Below are positions 19,187 through 28,058 of a stretch of DNA of 64,000 nucleotides, piece after piece; the first letter of the stretch is position 1, and each line of letters opens with the position of its first letter. Source of the DNA: an uncultured Chloroflexia bacterium (GTDB lineage: Bacteria; Chloroflexota; Limnocylindria; Limnocylindrales; CSP1-4); assembly GCA_963801445.1 (NCBI GenBank), contig CAWDEW010000013.1, positions 117,866 to 181,865 on the forward strand. Reading direction: 5' to 3'. Under the pieces are notes generated by a model, which was not told the origin of the DNA, searched no databases, and saw only the letters and a list, made by a program, of their open reading frames with translations. Both the position numbers and the translations under genes were made by a program.

Positions 19187-20034
19187 TGCCGCACACTCCC
19201 GTCGCCGCCCGCCCGCGCGTCGGCGTCGTCAAGTTCGCCTCGTGTGACGGCTGCCAGCTCACCCTGCTCGACCTCGAGGACGAGCTGCTCTCGATCGTCG
19301 AGCACTTCGAGATCGTGGACTTCCCGGAGGCGACCTCGGCCCGCTCCGCGGGCCCGTACGACGTCCTCTTCGTCGAAGGGTCCATCAGCGAGCCGGCCCA
19401 TCTCGAACGGATCGCCGAGCTTCGCCGGCGCACCCGCTTCCTCGTGACGATCGGCGCCTGCGCGACCGCCGGCGGCATCCAGGCGCTCCGCAACTGGGGC
19501 GACCACGATGCGTTCCGGAGCAGCGTGTACGCCCAGCCCGAGCAGATCGAGTCGCTGGCCCGCTCGACGCCGATCGCGGAGCACGTCGCGGTTGACGCGG
19601 AGCTGCGCGGCTGCCCGATCGACCCGGGCCAGCTCGTCGAGCTGCTCACCGCCCTCACCACCGGCCGCCGCCCGCAGCTCCGCGACGAGGCCGTGTGCAT
19701 GGAGTGCAAGCGGCGCGGCGTCGTGTGCGTGATGGTCGGCAAGGGGATCCCCTGCCTCGGCCAGGTGACCCAGACGGGCTGTGGCGCGATCTGCCCGCGC
19801 TATGGTCGCGGCTGCTACGGGTGCTTCGGCCCCCGCGAGCAGGCCAACGCCGCGGGCCTGGCCCGGCACCTCCAGATGGCCGGCGACCGGCCACGTGACG
19901 AGGTCGGGCGGCTCTTCGCCGGGTTCACGGCCTACGCGGAGCCGTTCCGGAGCATGGTCACCGAGCTCGGCGGCGCCCGGTCCGGGCGGCCCGAGACCGC
20001 GGCCGAGCCGGGCCCGCAGGGAGGCAAGGCATGA
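19186..20034 (+). CDS. Group 3b [NiFe] hydrogenase small (delta) subunit
   Basis: VVKFASCDGCQL...FVEGS...GACATAGG small-subunit motifs and a distal cluster (CMECKRRGVVCV...CLGQVTQTGCGAICP). TGATG overlap with the upstream gene. Confidence 0.85.
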   Translation: MPHTPVAARPRVGVVKFASCDGCQLTLLDLEDELLSIVEHFEIVDFPEATSARSAGPYDVLFVEGSISEPAHLERIAELRRRTRFLVTIGACATAGGIQALRNWGDHDAFRSSVYAQPEQIESLARSTPIAEHVAVDAELRGCPIDPGQLVELLTALTTGRRPQLRDEAVCMECKRRGVVCVMVGKGIPCLGQVTQTGCGAICPRYGRGCYGCFGPREQANAAGLARHLQMAGDRPRDEVGRLFAGFTAYAEPFRSMVTELGGARSGRPETAAEPGPQGGKA

Positions 20035-21353
20035 GCCACGGGACCGCGCACCACGAGGCGGACGAGCGGCTCTACGAGGTCGGAGAGCTGACCCGGGTGG
20101 AGGGCGAAGGATCGCTCCGCCTGCGGGTCCGCGACGGCGAGGTCATCGAGGCCCGCCTCGGGATCTTCGAGACCCCGCGCTACTTCGAGGCCCTCGTCGT
20201 CGGACGCACACCCGACGAGGCGATCGACATCGTCGCCCGCATCTGCGGGATCTGTCCGGTCGCCTACCAGATGAGCGCGGTCCACGGGTTCGAGGACCTC
20301 TTCGGCGTCCGGATCGACCCGTCGGTGCGCGCGCTCCGGCGACTCTTCTATTGCGGCGAGTGGATCGAGAGCCACGCCCTGCACATCTACTTCCTGCACG
20401 CGCCGGACTTCCTGGGCTATGAGAGCGCGATCGCGATGGCGGCCGACCACCGGCCCGCCGTCGAGGCGGCCCTGCGGATGAAGAAGGTCGGCAACCAGGT
20501 CGTCCGCGTCCTGGGCGGACGCCCGATCCACCCGGTCTCCGTGCGGGTCGGCGGCTGGTCCCACGTCCCGCGCCGGGCGGAGCTCGAGGCGCTGGTCCCG
20601 GACCTCGAGGCCGGCCTGGCGATCGCCCGCGAGACGATGAGCTTCGTGACCGGCCTGACGATGCCCGTCTTCGAGCGCGAGCCGCGCCTGGTCAGCCTCC
20701 GCCACGCCGCCGAGTATCCCTTCAACGACGGGCGGATCGTGAGCAGCGACGGCCTGGACCTGGCGCCCGGCGCGTGGCGCGATGCCTTCGAGGAGTTCCA
20801 GGTGGAGGGAAGCCACGCGCTCCATGCCCGCTCCCGGGACGGGAAGGGCGTCTATCTCGTGGGCCCCGCGGCCCGCGTGACGATGGCCGCGGAGCAGCTC
20901 CACCCGCTGGCCCGGGAGGCCCTGGCGGCGTCCGGCTACGCGCAGGCGATCCGCACGAACATCTACGCCTCGATCGTGGCCCGGGCGGTCGAGCTGGTCC
21001 ATGCCTTCGCCGAGGCGCTGGACCTGGTCGCCGCCTACCGGCCGCCCTCCGAGCCGCTCGTCGCCTGGAAGAGCCGCCCGGGCGTGGCCGCGTGGGCGAC
21101 GGAGGCGCCCCGCGGGCTGCTGTTCCACCGCTACGAGGTGGACGAGGCCGGTCGGATCAAGGCCGCCCAGATCGTGCCCCCGACCAGCCAGAACCAGGCC
21201 GCCATCGAACGTGACCTCGCGGTCGCGGCGAAGGGCGTCCTGGACCTGCCCCACGCCCAGGCGACCCACCGCCTGGAGCAGATGATCCGGAGCTACGACC
21301 CGTGCATCAGCTGCGCGACCCACTTCCTCGATCTCCGGGTCGAGCAAGCCTGA
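20031..21353 (+). CDS. Group 3b [NiFe] hydrogenase large (alpha) subunit
   Basis: RICGICPVAY N-terminal and DPCISCATH C-terminal Ni-Fe motifs. ATGA overlap with the small subunit. Confidence 0.9.
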   Translation: MSHGTAHHEADERLYEVGELTRVEGEGSLRLRVRDGEVIEARLGIFETPRYFEALVVGRTPDEAIDIVARICGICPVAYQMSAVHGFEDLFGVRIDPSVRALRRLFYCGEWIESHALHIYFLHAPDFLGYESAIAMAADHRPAVEAALRMKKVGNQVVRVLGGRPIHPVSVRVGGWSHVPRRAELEALVPDLEAGLAIARETMSFVTGLTMPVFEREPRLVSLRHAAEYPFNDGRIVSSDGLDLAPGAWRDAFEEFQVEGSHALHARSRDGKGVYLVGPAARVTMAAEQLHPLAREALAASGYAQAIRTNIYASIVARAVELVHAFAEALDLVAAYRPPSEPLVAWKSRPGVAAWATEAPRGLLFHRYEVDEAGRIKAAQIVPPTSQNQAAIERDLAVAAKGVLDLPHAQATHRLEQMIRSYDPCISCATHFLDLRVEQA

Positions 21354-21382
21354 CCGCGGCCACCGGGCCCGGGCCGTCGATC

Positions 21383-21868
21383 GTGGCGCGCGTCCCGGTC
21401 TTCGTGTGCGGCGAGCCGGCCCGCGGCGACGACGCCGCCGCGCTCGCCGCGATCGCCCTGTTGCCCGCGTCCGTCCGCGAGCTCGCGGACATCGTGGAAG
21501 CCGGCCAGCTGGACCTGCTCCTCCTGATGGACCTGCCCGCCGGAGCGCCCTGCGTCGTGGTTGATGCCGTGGCCGGCATCAGGCCGGGCGAGATCTGGGT
21601 GCGCCCGCTGGCCCGGCTCGCGGACCTGCCCCGGATGCGGGCCCAGGGCGGCCCGGCGCCTGAGCCGCGATCCTCGCACGAGCTGCCCCTCGACCACGTC
21701 CTGGCCCTGGCGGCGACGCTGCGCGATGGACCACCCGAGGGAACGTTCATCGGGATCGGCGGTGCCTGCTTCGACGTCGGCACGTCCCTCACGCCGGCCG
21801 TTCAGGCGGCCCTGCCGACCCTCGGCGCGACCATCGCCGCCGAGGTGGAGCGGCTCGCCGGCCGCTGA
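21383..21868 (+). CDS. Hydrogenase maturation endopeptidase (second copy, for the group 3b enzyme)
   Basis: VFVCGEPARGDDAAA matches the HycI/HybD-like N-terminus. GTG start just after the large-subunit stop. Confidence 0.65.
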   Translation: MARVPVFVCGEPARGDDAAALAAIALLPASVRELADIVEAGQLDLLLLMDLPAGAPCVVVDAVAGIRPGEIWVRPLARLADLPRMRAQGGPAPEPRSSHELPLDHVLALAATLRDGPPEGTFIGIGGACFDVGTSLTPAVQAALPTLGATIAAEVERLAGR

Positions 21869-21954
21869 GATGGCCGCCGCCCGGCCGCTGCGGGCGGCGA
21901 GTCGGCCGGACCGCGACGAGACGGAGCTCCCACGGGTGGGCGTCCCGCCCGCGG

Positions 21955-23169
21955 TCAGGGGTAGATCTGGCCGATCGTGGCCTTGTCGACCCAGGCCGGC
22001 TCGACGAGGAGGAGCTTGGGGACGCTCTTCCCGGCGATCAGGTCGAGGAGGGCCGGCACCGCGCTGGCCCCGTACTTCTCGGGGAAGTAGGCGCTGTCGC
22101 CGAGGTAGTGGGCGTTCGTCCGGATCAGGTCGCGGACGCGGGAGTCGGCCCCCTGACCGCTGACGTAGACGTCGTTCGACCGGCCGGCCTGGCTGGCCCC
22201 GTCCAGGGCTCCGAGCGCGCCGTCGTCGTTCATGGCGACGACGAGGATCCTCGACTTCCCGGCCAGGTTCGGGAGGAGCTCGAGGAGCGCATCGCGCGCC
22301 GTGTCGGTCCGGTCCGCGCTCGTGCCGATCTGCTCGTTCGTGAGCCCCGCTGCGACCGTCGGAGCCGGGGATCCGCTCGCTCCGGGTGCCGACGCGGACG
22401 CTGACGCGGACGCTGAGGCAGGTGGTGCGCTGGACGGCGCGGCTGGCGACCCTGACGCTGCCGGCGACGAGGCCGACGAGGCCGACGGGGCCGGCGATGC
22501 GGCCACGCCCGGACAGACGGTCAGGAAGCCCTGCCGGTAGCCCTCCATGCGCATCTGGCTGCGCTCCGGGGCCGACGCCGATTCGAACGAGACGTAGGCG
22601 TCGTACTGGCAGCTCCAGCTCGCCTTCACCCAGGCGCCGACGGCAGCCCCGGCGATCTGGCCGGCTCGCAGGTCGTCGGCCCGGACGAGCGTCGCCGCGC
22701 ACGGATCCTGGGCGAACTCGATGGCGACGACCGGGACGTTTGCCGCGACCTGACCGCACACGATCGCCGGATCCTTGAGCAGGCCCTGGAACTGGATGAT
22801 CCCCTTGACGCCGGCGTCCGAGAGCTGCTTCATGCAGGCGTCGACCTTGCCCTGGTCCAGCGCCGCGTCGCAGACGACGAGGTCCGCGCCGGCCTTTTGG
22901 GCCTCGGAACGGATCCCGGCGGTGATCGACGCGACGTACGGGACCTGCTCGCCGTAGCTGACGTAGCCGATCTTGATGCCGTTGCCGCTCCCGGCGGCTG
23001 CGCCGGTGTACGGGTTCGCGGACGGCGAAGGCGTCGGGGCGAGGGTGGGCGTCGGAGACGCGGCCGCTCCCCCGGACCCGGGGACGCAGGCCGTCGCGGC
23101 GATCGCGACGATGCCAAGGACGGCGAGCAGGCGGCCGGCGCGGAATGGCGCCGAGCGGCGGACGGGCAC
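21955..23169 (-). CDS. Sugar ABC transporter substrate-binding lipoprotein (periplasmic-binding-protein type I family) with an internal Ala/Ser/Pro low-complexity insertion
   Basis: Signal plus lipobox (IVAIAATAC) and a ribose/galactose-binding-like core (KIGYVSYGEQVPYVASITAGI...ILVVAMNDDGALGA). No cognate permease or ATPase is adjacent. Confidence 0.65.
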   Translation of the reverse strand: MPVRRSAPFRAGRLLAVLGIVAIAATACVPGSGGAAASPTPTLAPTPSPSANPYTGAAAGSGNGIKIGYVSYGEQVPYVASITAGIRSEAQKAGADLVVCDAALDQGKVDACMKQLSDAGVKGIIQFQGLLKDPAIVCGQVAANVPVVAIEFAQDPCAATLVRADDLRAGQIAGAAVGAWVKASWSCQYDAYVSFESASAPERSQMRMEGYRQGFLTVCPGVAASPAPSASSASSPAASGSPAAPSSAPPASASASASASAPGASGSPAPTVAAGLTNEQIGTSADRTDTARDALLELLPNLAGKSRILVVAMNDDGALGALDGASQAGRSNDVYVSGQGADSRVRDLIRTNAHYLGDSAYFPEKYGASAVPALLDLIAGKSVPKLLLVEPAWVDKATIGQIYP

Positions 23170-23286
23170 GAGGATCCTCCGGTGCGTGGGGTCGGGCGCC
23201 CGCCCGACCGCCGGCCGGGTGGCGCCACCGCCCGCAAGGATACGGGAGCCGCGGGGTTCCCGGGCGCGGTGCGAGCGGTCCGCGCC

Positions 23287-24771
23287 TCAGCGCCCCGCTT
23301 CGAGGGCGCCCAGCGCTTCGTTCGCCGGCGCCAGCCGGGCGTTGAGCTCCTCGTAGATCGCGAAGACCTGGTCGTGGATCCCGACGGCAGCCGGGTCCGG
23401 GCTGATCCGCTCGGCCACGCGGGCGATCCCGTTCACCGCTGCGGGCAGGTCCGGGTAGGCGCCGAGCGCGGCGGCGGAGAGGACCGCGGCGCCGACGAGC
23501 GAGGCTTCGGTCACCTCGGGGACCGCGATCTCCACGGCGAGCACGTCCGCCTTCACCCTGTTCCAGAGCGGGCTGGCGGCCGTTCCCCCGGTGACCCGCA
23601 GCTCGTGGAACGGGAGCCCGGCCGCCCGGGCCGGCGCCGCGACGTGGCGGATCGCGTAGGCCGCGGCCTCGAGGACGGCCCGGGCGAGGTGGCCGCGGCG
23701 ATGGTGGAGCGTGAGGCCCACGAAGGCACCCCGCGCGGTCGGGTCGTGGAGCGGCCAGCGTTCGCCGGCCAGGTAGGGCAGGAAGATCAGGCCGTCCGCC
23801 CCGGGCGGCGTCGCGGCGGCCTCGTCCAGCAGCTGGTCGAGCGTCGCCGCCCCGCCGAGGGCGTCGTCCACGAACCAGTCGAGGGCCTTGCCGGTCCCGG
23901 CCATCGCCCCGCCCACGAAGTGGAGCCCGGGGTACGGCGCCGTGCCGGCCCAGAGCGGCGGCACGTGCTCGACCCGCGCCGTGTACAGGCCGAACCCCCC
24001 GGACGTGCCGCCGGTGTCGATCGCCTGGCCCGGTGCCCGCAGCCCGGCCCCGAGGAACGTGGCGATCGCATCGTTGACGCCGGCAACGACGGGCAGGCCG
24101 GCCGGCAGCCCCAGGGCGGCGGCGGGCGCCGCGAGGAGGGGACCCAGGATCGTCCCCGATCGGACCCCCGGCGGCGCCGCTCGACCGTCGAGCCCGGCGC
24201 GCTCCGCATCGCCGGCCGTGATCGCCTCGGCAGGGTCCGCCAGGGATGCCGCCGCGACCCCGGAGAGGCGGTAGGCGACGTGATCCCACGCGGCGAGGAA
24301 CCAGGCCGTGGCGCCGGCGGCCGCGGGATCGGTCCGGGCGAGGCGCCGCGCGGTGCCCAGGAGCGACGTCGTCCAGCCGTATCGACCGACGGCCGCGGCG
24401 GCCGCCTCCACGTCCGCCGCGCCGCGCCGGTCCAGCCAGGTCACGGCGGGCGCGGCCGCCGTGCCGTCGGCGCGCGTGGCGACCAGCGTGGGGCCCTGGC
24501 CCACGCAGCAGATCGCGACGGGGTCCACCGGGCCGAGCGCCTCGGCCGCGGCGAGCGCCGACCGCGATGCCGACACCAGGGCGGACCACCATGCCTCCGG
24601 GTCCTGCTCCGCGCGACCCGCCTCCCCGTCGAGGAGGAGCGCGTAGCCCGCTCGTCCGTAACCACGCAGGCGCCCGTCGAGGCCGACGACCCCGGCCTTG
24701 GCCGCGGAGGTCCCGAGGTCGAGGGCGAGCACGACGCGGCGGTCGGTCGAGGGTTCGGGTGGAGTGCTCAC
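23287..24771 (-). CDS. FGGY-family carbohydrate kinase (xylulokinase/glycerol kinase-like); start uncertain, between 24732 and 24873
   Basis: VVLALDLGTSAAKAGVV N-terminal ATPase motif. The FGGY C-terminal domain reads GGTAASPLWNRVKADVL. Confidence 0.65.
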   Translation of the reverse strand: MSTPPEPSTDRRVVLALDLGTSAAKAGVVGLDGRLRGYGRAGYALLLDGEAGRAEQDPEAWWSALVSASRSALAAAEALGPVDPVAICCVGQGPTLVATRADGTAAAPAVTWLDRRGAADVEAAAAAVGRYGWTTSLLGTARRLARTDPAAAGATAWFLAAWDHVAYRLSGVAAASLADPAEAITAGDAERAGLDGRAAPPGVRSGTILGPLLAAPAAALGLPAGLPVVAGVNDAIATFLGAGLRAPGQAIDTGGTSGGFGLYTARVEHVPPLWAGTAPYPGLHFVGGAMAGTGKALDWFVDDALGGAATLDQLLDEAAATPPGADGLIFLPYLAGERWPLHDPTARGAFVGLTLHHRRGHLARAVLEAAAYAIRHVAAPARAAGLPFHELRVTGGTAASPLWNRVKADVLAVEIAVPEVTEASLVGAAVLSAAALGAYPDLPAAVNGIARVAERISPDPAAVGIHDQVFAIYEELNARLAPANEALGALEAGR

Positions 24772-24886
24772 GAGGGCCAATCCTAGGGGCGCCGCGCCGA
24801 GCGTGCCGCCGGGCGCGGGGACCGCGACGCGTCGATCCGGCGTGCCCTGGCCCGCCCCGCTTCGCGCCCCCACTCCGCGAGCCCGG

Positions 24887-26296
24887 TCAGAGCACCTTGC
24901 CCGGGTTGAGGATCCCCAGCGGGTCCAGCGCGGCCTTCACCGCCCGCATCACCCGGACGGCGTCGGCCCCCCGGGTCATCTCGAGGTAGGCCTTCTTGGC
25001 CACGCCGATCCCGTGCTCACCGGTCACGGAGCCGCCCAGAGCCAGGGTGGCCCGGTACAGGTCGTCCTGGGCGGCGCGCAGCCGGGGCGCGCCGGTCGGG
25101 TCGTCGCGGTCGAACACGAAGCTCGGGTGGAGGTTGCCATCCCCGGCGTGGCCGAAGACGCCGATCCGGAGCCCGCGCCGGTCGCCGATCTCGTGGATGG
25201 CGTGCAGGAGCTCCGGCACCCGGCTGCGGGGGACGACGACATCCTCCATCCGGCTGACGCCCATGGCATCGAGCGCCCAGTGGGCCATCCGGCGGCCCTG
25301 GCGAAGAAGATCGGCCTCGGTGGGGTCGTGGGCCCGGACCAGCGTGCCGGCGTCCGCGGACGCACAGGCGCGTTCCGCGCGGTCCAGCTCATCGTTGGCG
25401 GCCGACCCGGGAAGGTCCGACTCGACGAGCAGCATCGCGGCCGCGTCCTCGTCGAGGCCCAGGTGGTAGGCGGCGTTCACCGCCCTGATCGTGAACTGGT
25501 CCATCAGCTCCAGGGTGCAGGGCTGCACCCCGTCCCGGACCATCCCCGCGACGGCGCGTCCGGAATCCTCGATCGTCCCGAAGAAGGCGAGCAGGGTCTG
25601 CTTCGGGGCCGGCATCGGGATCAGGCGGAGCGTCGCCTCGGTCACCACGCCCAGCGTTCCCATGCTCCCCACGAAGAGGCTGGTGAGGTCGTAGCCGGCG
25701 ACGTCCTTGACGTTCCGGCCGCCCGTCCGGATGACCGCACCATCGGCCAGCACGACCTCCAGGCCCAGGACCGCGTCCCGGGTGACCCCGTACTTGACGC
25801 AGCAGAGACCCCCGGAGTTCGTGGAGACGTTGCCCCCGATCGTGCACGTCTCGTAGCTCGCCGGGTCGGGGGCGTAGAAGAGGCCGTGCTCGGCGACCGC
25901 CTTCTTGAGCTCGGCGTTCACGACGCCGGGCTGGACGACGACCGCGCGGTTCTCCTCGTCGATCTCCAGGATCCGGTTCATCCGCATGAGGCTGACGGTG
26001 ACCCCCCCGGAGACCGCGATCGCCCCGCCGGAGAGGCTCGTTCCGGCGCCGCGCGGCACCAGCGGCACCCGATGGGCCGCGGCGAGCCGGACCAGGGCGG
26101 CCACCTCCGCGGTCGACGCGGGGAACGCGACGGCCAGCGGGGCGGGTGGCTCGAGATAGGCGGTCTCGTCGCGGCGGTGCGACTCGAGGTCGGCAGCGTC
26201 CCTGGTCAGCCGCAGGTCGGGCAGCGCGACGCGCAGGGCCGCGAGGAACGCCCGCTGGGCCGGATCGGGCTGGAGGGTCGAAGCATCGTCCGTCAT
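24887..26296 (-). CDS. FAD-linked oxidase (GlcD/D-lactate dehydrogenase family)
   Basis: FAD-binding PCMH domain (PLVPRGAGTSLSGGA) and a C-terminal FAD-oxidase domain (GGSVTGEHGIGVAKKAYL). Confidence 0.8.
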   Translation of the reverse strand: MTDDASTLQPDPAQRAFLAALRVALPDLRLTRDAADLESHRRDETAYLEPPAPLAVAFPASTAEVAALVRLAAAHRVPLVPRGAGTSLSGGAIAVSGGVTVSLMRMNRILEIDEENRAVVVQPGVVNAELKKAVAEHGLFYAPDPASYETCTIGGNVSTNSGGLCCVKYGVTRDAVLGLEVVLADGAVIRTGGRNVKDVAGYDLTSLFVGSMGTLGVVTEATLRLIPMPAPKQTLLAFFGTIEDSGRAVAGMVRDGVQPCTLELMDQFTIRAVNAAYHLGLDEDAAAMLLVESDLPGSAANDELDRAERACASADAGTLVRAHDPTEADLLRQGRRMAHWALDAMGVSRMEDVVVPRSRVPELLHAIHEIGDRRGLRIGVFGHAGDGNLHPSFVFDRDDPTGAPRLRAAQDDLYRATLALGGSVTGEHGIGVAKKAYLEMTRGADAVRVMRAVKAALDPLGILNPGKVL

Positions 26297-26328
26297 GACC
26301 GAAGGATACGGACGGCGCGAGCCTCCGG

Positions 26329-27198
26329 CTATCCAATTCGCCGATCTGCCTCCAGGGCCCAGGGCATCGTCCGCCAGGCGGGGGGCAGGACCGCCGACCA
26401 GGCCCGCCAGCTCGCGCCGAGCCAGGCGGCGACAACCCTTCGGCCCGGCGTCCAGTGGATCCCGTAGCCCTCACGGACGCGCGCCGGGAGGAGGCCCAGG
26501 GCGGGCCACAGCAGGAAGCCGAGCCACCCGCGGGGGACGGCCGCGAGCAGCGGGCCGAGGGCGCCCGGGAGGATCGCCCCGGGTCCGTCGCCGGCGAGGG
26601 GCCCGAGCGGCGGCGCCAGGATGGCCGCCGCAAGGTCCCGTGCCGTGGGAGTCACCTGGATCGGCCCTCCCGGGCCCAGCATCCCATCCCACCATCGGCG
26701 GAATGCGGAGAGGTCGGGCGGGAGGACCGACTCGCTGATCCCGAAGGCTTGGGCGATGGGCAGGGTCTCGGCGTAGAACCGGGCCGCCTCGACCGCGTCC
26801 AGCGGCCCCAGCCAGGCCTCGTTGAGGGCGAGCGTGCTCTCGACGAGCGTCGCATGCACCCACAGCGAGAGCGCGGAGTCGCGGGCGTCGTACGTCGTCG
26901 CACCGGTGACGGATCGCGCGAGCGGGTCGACCACCGGTCCCGTGACCGGTCGGTGAAGCCGGTTCAGGCGCGCGATCTCGGCGAGGGCGGCCGCCCGGGA
27001 TCCGTAGACGATCCGGAGATAGCTCCCCAGGGTGCCGACCAGCCGGGACCAGGGGTCGAACCGGAACGATGAGTGCGCCGCGACACCCTCCGCGATCAGC
27101 GGGTGGGCGAGCTGGAGGAGGAGCGCACGTGGGCCGGCGCCCAGGAGGAGGAACGCCTCGCGATTGAGCGACCAGGCGGCGGAGCCGGGTCCGTACAG
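26329..27198 (-). CDS. DUF2236/MpaB-family oxygenase-like protein; no canonical start codon precedes the conserved N-terminal region
   Basis: Upstream of the tabulated GTG start (26934) the same frame stays open and encodes GPGSAAWSLNREAFLLLGAGPRALLLQLAHPLIAEGV, the family hallmark. There is no ATG/GTG/TTG in that stretch. Confidence 0.55.
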   Translation of the reverse strand: MYGPGSAAWSLNREAFLLLGAGPRALLLQLAHPLIAEGVAAHSSFRFDPWSRLVGTLGSYLRIVYGSRAAALAEIARLNRLHRPVTGPVVDPLARSVTGATTYDARDSALSLWVHATLVESTLALNEAWLGPLDAVEAARFYAETLPIAQAFGISESVLPPDLSAFRRWWDGMLGPGGPIQVTPTARDLAAAILAPPLGPLAGDGPGAILPGALGPLLAAVPRGWLGFLLWPALGLLPARVREGYGIHWTPGRRVVAAWLGASWRAWSAVLPPAWRTMPWALEADRRIG

Positions 27199-27208
27199 GC
27201 CGGCGTCG

Positions 27209-27922
27209 TCAGCGTTCGCCGTGTCCGCGCCCCACGATCCACCAGGCCGTCGGGAAGATGATCCCGGCGGCGGCGAGCTTGATCAGGTCCCAGGCGAGGA
27301 ACGGGTAGGCGCCCTTCTCCAGCGCGGTGGCCGGGTCGAAGCCGGCGGCGACGGCCAGCCAGGGGACGCCGACGAGGTAGATCACGAGGTTGCCGACCAG
27401 CATGGCCGCCACGGCTCCACCGACGTGACGGTCCCAGCCCAGCTCGGCGAGGCGGCCGACGATGGCGCTCGCAAGGAGGAACCCGATGAGGTACCCGCCG
27501 GTCGCCCCGAGGACGAGGTGGCCCCCGTCACGGGCGACGAACGTGTGGATGCCCGAGGCCCCGCCGGCGTAGACGGGCAGGAAGAGCCCCATCAGCAGGT
27601 AGAGCCCCACCGAGAGCCCGCCCCGGCGGAAGCCCAGGGCCCCACCCACCAGCAGGACCGAGAAGGTCTGGAGCGTGATCGGGACGGGCGAGATCGGGAG
27701 CGTGACCCGGACGTCGCCCAGGAAGGAGATCGACCGCCCGTCGAGCGGGAGGGCGACGTTGGCGCTGAGGGCGATCAGCACGGCCCCGAGGACGACGAGG
27801 GCGAGGTGCCGGGCCCGCTCGCTGATGCGCTCCCCGATGGCGATCGGGACGAGGAAGTCGCCGATCGTGATCCCGCGCTCCGACGCGGGGAGCCGGTTCA
27901 GGCGCGGCGAGGCCAGCGACAT
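27209..27922 (-). CDS. bioY: Biotin transporter BioY (ECF S-component)
   Basis: SPVPITLQTFSVLLVGGALGFRRGGLSV matches the BioY signature, with multiple transmembrane segments. Confidence 0.75.
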   Translation of the reverse strand: MSLASPRLNRLPASERGITIGDFLVPIAIGERISERARHLALVVLGAVLIALSANVALPLDGRSISFLGDVRVTLPISPVPITLQTFSVLLVGGALGFRRGGLSVGLYLLMGLFLPVYAGGASGIHTFVARDGGHLVLGATGGYLIGFLLASAIVGRLAELGWDRHVGGAVAAMLVGNLVIYLVGVPWLAVAAGFDPATALEKGAYPFLAWDLIKLAAAGIIFPTAWWIVGRGHGER

Positions 27923-28058
27923 GCGTCCCTCCAGGGGCGGCCTGCAGGCCACCGAGAGCCCGAGTCTACCAGAGGTCCCGGGCCGCTCCGTCCGCACCTC
28001 GCCTCCGGAATCCGGGGCGGCTCCGCAGACCGGTTCGGGCGGCTCCCAGCCGCCGGCC

